From assembly GCA_045805065.1 (NCBI GenBank), contig JBJMMA010000212.1, positions 1 to 31,622 of the forward strand: a DNA stretch of 31,622 nucleotides. Reading direction: 5' to 3'. Source of the DNA: Bdellovibrionia bacterium. Lineage in GTDB: Bacteria; Bdellovibrionota; UBA1018. Positions 9,632-18,052 of the stretch are shown piece by piece. Below the pieces are notes generated by a model. It ran no database searches. It was not told where the DNA came from and saw only the letters and a program-made list of their open reading frames with translations. Each line of letters opens with the position of its first letter. Position 1 is the stretch's first letter. The position numbers and the translations under genes are program-made.

Positions 9632-9755
9632 CCCATGAAGAAATCCTAATCTGAGGCAGCCCGTCAAGAGTTAGCATAGCTAATTATTTCAAAGATTGAG
9701 CGCTGTGCGGCGAAAGGCGCTTCATTGGACCGAAATTCAGTGTTAAAGAATAGTA

Positions 9756-11237
9756 ATGCGCACTCAATTCGTCTCTGTTGCCAAGCTCTCCAAAATCACC
9801 GACTTATTTTTGACTCCCACGGTCGTTGTTGTTTCCGAGCCCGAGTTGAAAAAAGGCAAATGGCTCTCGCAGATGCCAGATCACGTTCGCGAGCGGATCG
9901 AAGGCGCAATGGGCCGCTTGAAGGACCCGGCAAAAGCTGGCTCTCGTTTCTGCGTTCCAGGACGCTCTGAAAACGAAGAGGATCTCTGGATCGCAGTGCT
10001 TCCGGCCGCTACTGAGGTATTCTTCCTCTTGGGCTTTGCACGCGATACATTGAAACAGGCATTGCATCCTTCCATGACCGCACTGCGTTTGGTGTTTTTG
10101 AGCGAAGAGCTTGAAGAGGCTTGCGCAGATGCTTTCGGCGCAGCCGTTTCGGCAAAAACTTTCATGATGCCGGTTTTTGGCAAACGCGAAAAAGACCAAA
10201 AGACTTGGCAGCTGAAGCAAGTTGAGCTGGTCTGCGAAAACAGAAATTGCCTGGATCACTTTGAGTACGGGCTCGTGACGGCCGATGGAACCAATATTGC
10301 GCGCTACCTTGCGACACTTCCGCCAAACATCCTGAATCCGGCTGACTACGGCGCGCGTATTCGCAAACTCTGCAAAGAGAACGGCATCACTGTCAAATTC
10401 CACTCCAAGCAAGAGCTCAAGAAAATGGGCGCTGGCGCATTCACCGCGGTTGATCAGGGAAATCCTGATTCGGCGGGCGGGATTTACGAGCTCAGCTACT
10501 CTCCGAAAGGAAAAGCAAAAAAGACGATTCACTTTGCAGGCAAGGGTCTCTGCTTTGATACCGGTGGTTATGACATCAAGACCGGTGGGATCATGATCAC
10601 CATGAAGGGCGATATGCAAGGCTCTGCCGTTGCGCTAGCCAGCATGATCGTTGCGATACGTCTGGGTCTTCCTTATAAGATGAAGACTTATCTTGGCATC
10701 ACAGAGAATCATATCTCACCCAAAGCGTACAAACCTGACGAAGTGGTCGTTGCGCTGAATGGCACAAGCATCGAAGTCATCAATACGGATGCCGAGGGAC
10801 GCATGGTCCTGGCTGATACCTTGACGCTTGCTTCTCGCGACAAGCCGGATTGCCTGGTAGACTTTGCGACACTGACTGGTTCCGCTGTACGCGCCATTGG
10901 CACCAAGTACTCTGCAGGCTTTACGAATCGCGATGCGCTTCATGATGTCATCAAACAAGCAGGCGTGAAGAGCGGTGAGCGAGTCTGGACATTCCCAATT
11001 GACTCGACCTTCGCAAAAGCACTTGAATCCAAGATCGCTGATACGCTTCAATTGGTAAAGGGCGCTCCGGACCACATTATGGCGGCTTGCTTCCTCTCGA
11101 AGTTCGTCGAGGAAGGCACCCCATGGGTCCATATAGATCTCTCAGCAGCTGAGAACAGCGATGGCCTTGCGCATGTGGAATCCATGTTCACGGGCTTCGG
11201 GGTTCGCTGGGCGATTGAATTCATCAAGAACGTGTAA
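9756..11237 (+). CDS. pepA: Leucyl aminopeptidase (M17)
   Basis: GKGLCFDTGG, MKGDMQG, NTDAEGR, DFATLTG, WVHID. Confidence 0.9.
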   Translation: MRTQFVSVAKLSKITDLFLTPTVVVVSEPELKKGKWLSQMPDHVRERIEGAMGRLKDPAKAGSRFCVPGRSENEEDLWIAVLPAATEVFFLLGFARDTLKQALHPSMTALRLVFLSEELEEACADAFGAAVSAKTFMMPVFGKREKDQKTWQLKQVELVCENRNCLDHFEYGLVTADGTNIARYLATLPPNILNPADYGARIRKLCKENGITVKFHSKQELKKMGAGAFTAVDQGNPDSAGGIYELSYSPKGKAKKTIHFAGKGLCFDTGGYDIKTGGIMITMKGDMQGSAVALASMIVAIRLGLPYKMKTYLGITENHISPKAYKPDEVVVALNGTSIEVINTDAEGRMVLADTLTLASRDKPDCLVDFATLTGSAVRAIGTKYSAGFTNRDALHDVIKQAGVKSGERVWTFPIDSTFAKALESKIADTLQLVKGAPDHIMAACFLSKFVEEGTPWVHIDLSAAENSDGLAHVESMFTGFGVRWAIEFIKNV

Positions 11238-11261
11238 CCTCTAGGCATTAGAAAGTAAGGC

Positions 11262-14200
11262 ATGACTCTTTCCGACATTTCCATCAAAAAGCCGGTCTTC
11301 GCATGGATGCTGATGGCAGGCCTCCTTGTCTTCGGCGCAATCTCCTATTCGCAAATGGGGATCAGCCAACTTCCTGACGTCGACTTTCCGGTAGTCACGA
11401 TTCAAGTGACTTGGGCAGGGGCCTCTCCTGACGTGATGGAATCGGCAGTGGCCGACCCCCTTGAAAACGCTGTCATGAGTGTTGATGGGATTCAGTTGGT
11501 CCAATCGACATCCCAACAAGGGATGTCTCAGATCACGATTCAATTTGGTTTGAATCAGGACATCAACGTCGCTCTTCAACAGGTTCAAACCAAAGTTTCT
11601 CAGGCACAAAAGAACCTGCCTCAGACGATTGACCCTCCGATCATTACAAAGACCAATCCTAATGATCAGCCGATTATATGGACCGCGGCTTATAACGAGG
11701 GCGGAAGCCTGCGCGACCAGGCACTATTTGTTCGCGACCATCTCAAGGATAAAATCACTACGATTGAAGGCGTGGGCGATGTGAAGTTGGGGGGATTCGT
11801 CGATCCTCAAATGCGAATCTGGCTGAACAATGCCGAAATGCGCAAGCACGAGATTACGGTCGAGGACATCACTTCGGCCGTCAATAACGAGCATCAGCTC
11901 TCTCCGACAGGCTACCAGGATGAGAACAACAGCGAGACGTACGTTCGCGTTCAATCCGAGTTTAAAACCGCTGAAGAGTGTAACAACCTCTATATCCCGG
12001 CACGTGCAGGACACCCAAACTACGCCAAAATCAGGATCGGGGACGTCGCTCACTGCGAGGAAGGGACTGACGAGATTCGCCGCATTTCACGATTCAATGG
12101 CATTCAGCCTACAATCGGTCTGGGCATTGTTAAGCAGCCTGGATCCAACGCAGTGGCCATCGGCGATGCAGTTAAGGCTCGTATCAAGAGTCTCAACGAG
12201 ATTCTTCCTAAAGGAATGCGTTTGGGCATCGTCACGGATACGACCCAATTTATTAAAGACTCGGTGAGAGAGCTCCTGACCAGCCTCGGGCTCGCGGTCA
12301 TCTTGACGTCGATCGTCTGTTATCTCTTTCTTGGCACCTGGAGCTCGGCTTTCAACGTTATTCTTGCGATTCCGGTTTCCCTGATTGGATCGTTCATCGT
12401 TCTTCGCGCCATGGGCTTCACGATCAACAGCTTTACCCTTATGGGTCTCTCGCTTTCGATCGGTATCGTCGTCGACGACGCCATCATGGTTTTAGAGAAC
12501 ATCACTCGTCACAACGAAATGGGTAAAGCCAAGGTCCATGCTGCACTCGTGGGAGCTCGCGAAATCACGGGCGCAGCCGTTGCCGCCTCGCTAGCCATTC
12601 TGGCGATCTTCGTTCCAGTCGTTTTCATGAGCGGGATTGTCGGGAAGTTCTTCTTCCAGTTCGGCGTGACCATGTCAGTTGCCGTTTTAATCTCCCTTCT
12701 TGAAGCATTGACCCTCGCACCTATGCGCTGCTCGCAGTTTTTGAGCGTGGGCGGCGGGAACTTTGTCACGAAGAAAGTCAGCGACTGGCTGGATCGTCTC
12801 ACCGAGATGTATCGTGAATCGCTCAAGTGGTGCTTGAACTGGCGCTGGACTATCCTGGCTGCATCGACGGCACTCTTTTTCTTGTCGCTCTTTACGATTG
12901 GATCGCTTCGAAAAGAAATGATTCCGCCGCAAGACCAGAGTCGCTTTTTGGTCACCCTCTATACAAAGATGGGCTCATCCATCAAATTTACCGATGGTGT
13001 CTTCCGTGAGGCTGAGAAGGTTTATAAGAGCCGCCCTGAGATTGAGAAATACTATGTGGCTGTCGGCGGTTTCGGCGGTGGTCTGGTTAATCAGGGGATC
13101 ACCTTTATCACAATGAAGGAAAAGGACGAGCGCCCGATTGTCCCTCCATTTAAGAAGCGTCCTTCCCAGCAAGAATTCATGCAGGTTTTGCGTGGAGAGC
13201 TTTCTAAAGTTCCTGGTGTGCAACGCGTATCGATTCTTGACCTGTCACTCACAGGCTTTAGCGCTCAACGCGGCTATCCGATCGAATTCCAGCTTCAAGG
13301 TCCAGACTGGGCAAAGCTTGCGGATCTTTCAATCGCCATGCGCAAAAAGTTGATGGATTCAGGGTATATGGCTGACGTCGATACCGATTACAACCCGAAC
13401 ATGCCTGAAACCCAGATCTATCCTGATCGCGCCAAAGCATCGTCGCGCGGAGTGCCAGTCACTTCGATCTCAAACGCAGTCGCTGCGATGGTTGGCGGAG
13501 TGAAGCTGCTTCCAAATAAATATACGGATGCATCAGGACATCGTGCCGATATCCAAGTGAAGCTTCTTGCAGACGACAATCAGAATCCTGCTGATATCGA
13601 TAAGATCTGGGTGAGAAACGTCCATGGTGAGATCGTTCCTCTGAAAGATCTTGTGGAGATGAAGCAGGGTAGCTCGCTTCTGACGATCACTCGTTACAAT
13701 CGTGAACGCGGGATCAGTGTTTTCGGAAACTTTGCGGCAGGCAAGTCGCAATCCGAGGTGATTGATTACGTGAAAAAAGTCTCCAAGGAGATGCTTCCAG
13801 AAGGCTATCACATCACCATTGCGGGAAGCTCTCAGGCCTTCAACGAGTCGTTCAATAGTTTGATCGGGGCGTTGATTCTGGGAATCTTTGTCGCCTACAT
13901 GGTGCTCGCGAGCCAGTTCAACAGCTTTGTTCACCCAGCAGTCATCCTGCTTGCCTTGCCGTTCAGTTTGACGGGCGCGCTTTGGGCGATGCGGGTGACT
14001 GATACGTCGATGAACATTTACAGCCTGATTGGCATTCTCTTGCTGATGGGGATCGTCAAAAAGAACTCTATTCTTCTTGTCGAATTCACGAATCATAAGC
14101 GTCACGAGGGCATGGGCGTTAAAGAGGCGCTTATTGAGGCATGTCCGGTTCGACTTCGCCCAATTTTGATGACTTCGATTGCCACAGTCACAGCGGCGAT

Positions 14201-14414
14201 CCCTGGCGCAATTGCGCTGGGAGCGGGTTCCGAAGTCATGAGGCCTATGGCAATCACGACGATCGGTGGTGTGATCGTATCGACGTTCCTTACGCTTTTT
14301 GTTGTGCCCTGCGCTTACAGCCTGGCTAGCAAGATTGAGAGCCAAAAGCATGACAAAGCCCTTAAGGAAGCGCTTGAGGTTTTGGGCGAGCAGGTCCCTG
14401 AAGCGGCACACTGA
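11262..14414 (+). CDS. RND efflux transporter permease (AcrB/AcrD/AcrF family)
   Basis: 1050 aa; PDVDFPVV, GIVVDDAIMVLENI, KKNSILLVEF, RLRPILMTS proton-relay motifs. Confidence 0.95.
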   Translation: MTLSDISIKKPVFAWMLMAGLLVFGAISYSQMGISQLPDVDFPVVTIQVTWAGASPDVMESAVADPLENAVMSVDGIQLVQSTSQQGMSQITIQFGLNQDINVALQQVQTKVSQAQKNLPQTIDPPIITKTNPNDQPIIWTAAYNEGGSLRDQALFVRDHLKDKITTIEGVGDVKLGGFVDPQMRIWLNNAEMRKHEITVEDITSAVNNEHQLSPTGYQDENNSETYVRVQSEFKTAEECNNLYIPARAGHPNYAKIRIGDVAHCEEGTDEIRRISRFNGIQPTIGLGIVKQPGSNAVAIGDAVKARIKSLNEILPKGMRLGIVTDTTQFIKDSVRELLTSLGLAVILTSIVCYLFLGTWSSAFNVILAIPVSLIGSFIVLRAMGFTINSFTLMGLSLSIGIVVDDAIMVLENITRHNEMGKAKVHAALVGAREITGAAVAASLAILAIFVPVVFMSGIVGKFFFQFGVTMSVAVLISLLEALTLAPMRCSQFLSVGGGNFVTKKVSDWLDRLTEMYRESLKWCLNWRWTILAASTALFFLSLFTIGSLRKEMIPPQDQSRFLVTLYTKMGSSIKFTDGVFREAEKVYKSRPEIEKYYVAVGGFGGGLVNQGITFITMKEKDERPIVPPFKKRPSQQEFMQVLRGELSKVPGVQRVSILDLSLTGFSAQRGYPIEFQLQGPDWAKLADLSIAMRKKLMDSGYMADVDTDYNPNMPETQIYPDRAKASSRGVPVTSISNAVAAMVGGVKLLPNKYTDASGHRADIQVKLLADDNQNPADIDKIWVRNVHGEIVPLKDLVEMKQGSSLLTITRYNRERGISVFGNFAAGKSQSEVIDYVKKVSKEMLPEGYHITIAGSSQAFNESFNSLIGALILGIFVAYMVLASQFNSFVHPAVILLALPFSLTGALWAMRVTDTSMNIYSLIGILLLMGIVKKNSILLVEFTNHKRHEGMGVKEALIEACPVRLRPILMTSIATVTAAIPGAIALGAGSEVMRPMAITTIGGVIVSTFLTLFVVPCAYSLASKIESQKHDKALKEALEVLGEQVPEAAH

Positions 14415-14451
14415 GCTGATCAAACTTCAGCCCGCCTGATTTTTCGATAGT

Positions 14452-14475
14452 CCTTCGCCGAAGTTCGGCTGAGGG
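14452..14475. terminator. GC-rich hairpin downstream of the RND gene (possible terminator/pause)
   Basis: CCTTC-GCCGA-AGT-TCGGC-TGAGGG inverted repeat; lacks a clear U-tract. Confidence 0.3.
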
Positions 14476-14481
14476 GTTGCA
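14466..14481 (+). promoter_or_regulatory. Putative sigma54 -24/-12 promoter
   Basis: CGGCTGAGGGGTTGCA = GGC-N7-TTGCA upstream of the PAS kinase. Confidence 0.4.
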
Positions 14482-14508
14482 AAGCTTTATCCAGTCCAAC
14501 AAAAATTT

Positions 14509-16194
14509 TTGGGTGGGCTGGTCAATATCACAAGTAACCTAGCCAAGCAGGTTCAGATGTGGCGCTTTGCGAATCGAAATCTCGTAGTCCCGATTATCGT
14601 AAAAGACTACCCCTTGCGGGCAGCCATTAGTCTTTCTATTCTGCTGAGCGCTTTTACGGTCTGGTTCTCAGAGACGCTCTGGTCATATTCGGGTGAGGGA
14701 AACACGCACGCGATGCTGCCCTTGGCGGCGGTCTTTATCAGCGCAATCATCGGGGGATTTGCGTCTGGGCTGCTATCCACCCTCATCACTACGCTTGCCC
14801 TGGCGTTCTTGCTCGATCCATCCACGTCATTCTATGTCACAACGTCAGCGGATCGTTTATGGCTTGGGATCTATGTGGTGTCATCTATTTGTGCTTCCTG
14901 GTTGGGTGCGCTTCTCAAATCACTCATGCAAAACTTCAGAAGAGTGTCAGACCGGCTGGAGAAAGAGGTTCAAGCGCGAACCTCCGAGCTCACAATGACC
15001 AATCTGGAGTTAAGAAGACTGGTCAATGAAATCGAGGAATCCAGAAACTTTCTTGATTCGCTGATCGAGAATATCCCTTTGCCGGTCTATGTGAAGAGCG
15101 CGGACGATTGGAAGATCGTTCGCGTCAACCGCGCGGCCCGTAACACGTTTTCGCAATACCCCAACTTAATCGGAAAAACGGCTTTCGAATTTTTTCCCAA
15201 AGAGACTGCTCAACGAATCACTCAAGAGGATATGCAGGCAATCAATTCCGACTCAGTCGTTCGGCACGAAGAAACGTTTGAACTTGCAGGTTTTGGGATG
15301 AAGACCTTTTCCATTATTAAGGTGCCGATTCGCAATCATGAGAACAAAGGGACTTTTATTTTGGCGATCGCTGAAGATATTACCGAGAAAAGACGCGCGG
15401 AGGAGCAAAGGATCAACCTTTTGAGAGCACAAGTCGAGCGCGAGGAGGCGGAACGAAAGAAATGGGAACTGGAGGAAGCCGTACGAGCTCGTGATACGTT
15501 CCTATCCATCTGCAGTCATGAGCTCAAAACTCCACTTACTTCTCTGAAGCTTCAGACAGGCGTGATCCGGATGCTTTTCGAGAAATCCGACATCGAGGCG
15601 CTGCGCTCGCCCAAGGTGCGAGAGCTCGTTATGGATGCGGACAAGGAGATCAATCGTATCAACCGATTAATCAACGATATGCTGGATGTATCCCGAATCC
15701 GTTCGGGTAAGCTGACTTTACGTCCCGGCAGCGTCGACCTCTGCGATGTGGTGCGAGAAGTGGTCAGTCAGTTTCGAGCCAACCCAGCATACCATCATAT
15801 CGAGATAGCGACCCAGCTCCCTGAGGAGGCTACAGGAGAGTGGGACCGGAATCGAATCGAGCAGATTGTCATTAATCTGGTAAGTAACGCCCTGAAATAC
15901 GGAAATGGCAAACCAGTGCGAGTACTGATTCAAACTAACGACAAAATCGCCTATCTAACCGTAGAAGATCAAGGCGTTGGAATAAGTCCTGAGGATCAGA
16001 AACGTATTTTTCAAAGGTTTGAAAGAGCAGCTGCCACCGAGAGCATCAGCGGTCTAGGCCTCGGTCTCTACATTGTGAAAGAGATTGTTACAATGCATGG
16101 CGGATACATCCAGGTTGAAAGCGAGCCCGGAAAAGGCTCGCGTTTCAAAGTAGAGCTCCCAAGGCATTTCAACTATGCCGCACGAGCAGCATAG
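14509..16194 (+). CDS. Membrane sensor histidine kinase (4-TM DUF4118-like, PAS, HisKA, HATPase)
   Basis: PAS (LIENIP...VNRA...LIGKT...EDITE), H-box SHELKTPL, NLVSNALKY, DQGVGI, GLGLGL. Start uncertain (TTG 14509 or ATG 14557). Confidence 0.92.
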   Translation: MGGLVNITSNLAKQVQMWRFANRNLVVPIIVKDYPLRAAISLSILLSAFTVWFSETLWSYSGEGNTHAMLPLAAVFISAIIGGFASGLLSTLITTLALAFLLDPSTSFYVTTSADRLWLGIYVVSSICASWLGALLKSLMQNFRRVSDRLEKEVQARTSELTMTNLELRRLVNEIEESRNFLDSLIENIPLPVYVKSADDWKIVRVNRAARNTFSQYPNLIGKTAFEFFPKETAQRITQEDMQAINSDSVVRHEETFELAGFGMKTFSIIKVPIRNHENKGTFILAIAEDITEKRRAEEQRINLLRAQVEREEAERKKWELEEAVRARDTFLSICSHELKTPLTSLKLQTGVIRMLFEKSDIEALRSPKVRELVMDADKEINRINRLINDMLDVSRIRSGKLTLRPGSVDLCDVVREVVSQFRANPAYHHIEIATQLPEEATGEWDRNRIEQIVINLVSNALKYGNGKPVRVLIQTNDKIAYLTVEDQGVGISPEDQKRIFQRFERAAATESISGLGLGLYIVKEIVTMHGGYIQVESEPGKGSRFKVELPRHFNYAARAA

Positions 16195-16199
16195 TTATC

Positions 16200-17996
16200 T
16201 CAAGCAGCATTGCTCCAACGAGTCAGCGCTTTGGCCAGATCGCCAATCTTAATCGGCTTTGTCAGAAACTCATCCATGCCAACCTCCATGCAACGTAGTT
16301 GATCCTCACGCATGGCGTTCGCAGTCAGGGCGATGATCGGCGTATGAATGCCCTTCTGAAGCTCGAGCTTTCTGATTTCTTGTGTCGCCTCAAATCCATC
16401 CATCTCAGGCATCTGGCAATCCATCAGAATCAGATCATATGAGCCCTGTGCGATGGCATCGAGAGCTTCCTTGCCATTTCCAACCGCACGAGTTGCGTAG
16501 CCAAGCTTCTTGAGTTGCGCCAGAACCAAAGCCTGGTTCACCAGGTTGTCTTCGACAACAAGGACCGTTGTTATTTTCGAGAGTATCTTTGGATGAAGAG
16601 CGCCCTCGTTAAGTTGACGCATATTGTTTTGGAGAGAATTTCGTTCCTGAGCCTTTGCTTTGCATGTAAACCAGAAAGTTGATCCGACACCTTCCGTGCT
16701 TTCAACTCCGATTGAGCCGTCCATGAGTTCAACGAGCTGTTTACAGATTGAAAGTCCCAGGCCGGTTCCACCAAATCTCCGGGCCATGGTTCCATCGGCT
16801 TGCGTGAAAGGCCTGAACAATTTGTTTTGAATATCGACTGGGATTCCGATCCCGGTATCTGTTACCGAGAACTTCAGCAGGATTTCATCGCCTGACATGT
16901 TCTCACGGCTGACCTTGAGAGCAACAGTTCCAACAGAGGTGAACTTGACGGCGTTTCCAAGGACGTTCAAGAGGATCTGAGCGATTCGATTCGAGTCACC
17001 CTTGAGGAAATCCGGAACGTTCGGCTCAAAATGGACAGAGAGTTCGATTTTCTTTTCTCTCACCTTCTTTGACAAAAGCTCGATTTGGGACTCGACCAGG
17101 TGACGAAGATTGAATGAAATCGACTCAAGCTCAATCTTACCTGCGTCCATTTTTGAAAAATCGAGCAAGTCGTTGATTATATGTAATAGGCCTGTACCTG
17201 ATTCCTGGATCATTTGAGCCTGTTTTGCTTGTGAGGGTGACAGATCAGTGTCCAGAAGCAACTCAGCCATTCCCAAAATCCCATTGAGCGGGGTTCTGAT
17301 CTCATGGCTTATATTTGCCAGGAACTCTGCCTTGGCAAGCGATGCTTTTTCCGCCCTCTCCGCATCGGCTCGACTGGCCTGTTGCGCCTTGGCACGCAGT
17401 TTCATGTCGCGATTTACTCTCCAAACCGCGTAAGCGAGAATCAAGACTGCCAGAGCCCCGCCCACAATGATAACCGTCAGCGCGATTTTCGCGGCAGAAT
17501 TAGATTTCTCTGTTCTGATCTTTAAAAGCTTTGCCTCAAATTGGTTCATGAGGTGGACAAGGCTAAGGATTTGATCACCCACCTCCGCGGGTTTGTCGCC
17601 CGATCGATGACGGGCCGCTACGTTGCTCCACTGCTGAAGCTTTTCCAATATTAAAGGTTTCAGCTCCGCGATCCGCTCTTGCTGGACCATGTTATCGGAA
17701 GTCAGAAGCTCCAATTGCTGAAGCTTTGGAAAAATCTGCGAATTGTGAGCAAAGTAATGCTCAAAGTTTTCGTGATCATGGGTCTCAATATACTCGTCGA
17801 GGTATCCCTCCGCCGAGAGCAAATGGGTTGAGAGCTCCGAGAGGTTAGCCTGGACTTCATGGGTGTGGCTGACCCATTGAGAGTCATCGATTAGGCGCTG
17901 CGTGCTGATATACGAAAGAGCGCTGACACCGGAAATGAGCAGTGTAGCCAGGATAAAGCCGATATTGGTTTTTCGCATGCTCTTCGTGAATGGCAT
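16200..17996 (-). CDS. Hybrid histidine kinase (CHASE3-HisKA-HATPase-REC)
   Basis: WVSHTHEV...LTSDN..QQ CHASE3; SHEIRTPLNG; FTQAD; GGTGLGL; REC VEDN...LMDCQMPEMDG...KP. Confidence 0.94.
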   Translation of the reverse strand: MPFTKSMRKTNIGFILATLLISGVSALSYISTQRLIDDSQWVSHTHEVQANLSELSTHLLSAEGYLDEYIETHDHENFEHYFAHNSQIFPKLQQLELLTSDNMVQQERIAELKPLILEKLQQWSNVAARHRSGDKPAEVGDQILSLVHLMNQFEAKLLKIRTEKSNSAAKIALTVIIVGGALAVLILAYAVWRVNRDMKLRAKAQQASRADAERAEKASLAKAEFLANISHEIRTPLNGILGMAELLLDTDLSPSQAKQAQMIQESGTGLLHIINDLLDFSKMDAGKIELESISFNLRHLVESQIELLSKKVREKKIELSVHFEPNVPDFLKGDSNRIAQILLNVLGNAVKFTSVGTVALKVSRENMSGDEILLKFSVTDTGIGIPVDIQNKLFRPFTQADGTMARRFGGTGLGLSICKQLVELMDGSIGVESTEGVGSTFWFTCKAKAQERNSLQNNMRQLNEGALHPKILSKITTVLVVEDNLVNQALVLAQLKKLGYATRAVGNGKEALDAIAQGSYDLILMDCQMPEMDGFEATQEIRKLELQKGIHTPIIALTANAMREDQLRCMEVGMDEFLTKPIKIGDLAKALTRWSNAA

Positions 17997-18003
17997 GCTC
18001 CTA

Positions 18004-18031
18004 TTATCGACTATTTTTAAATAGCGGTGGA
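18004..18031 (-). promoter_or_regulatory. Putative sigma28-type promoter
   Basis: Minus strand TCCA-N16-GTCGATAA, 7 nt before ATG 17996; same geometry as the site at 4161. Confidence 0.4.
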
Positions 18032-18052
18032 ATACTTCACAGAATCTTCACC

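Noticed and set aside
9804..10619. 271-aa minus-strand ORF
   Set aside because: Antisense shadow of pepA.
13533..14423. 296-aa minus-strand ORF
   Set aside because: Antisense shadow of the RND gene.
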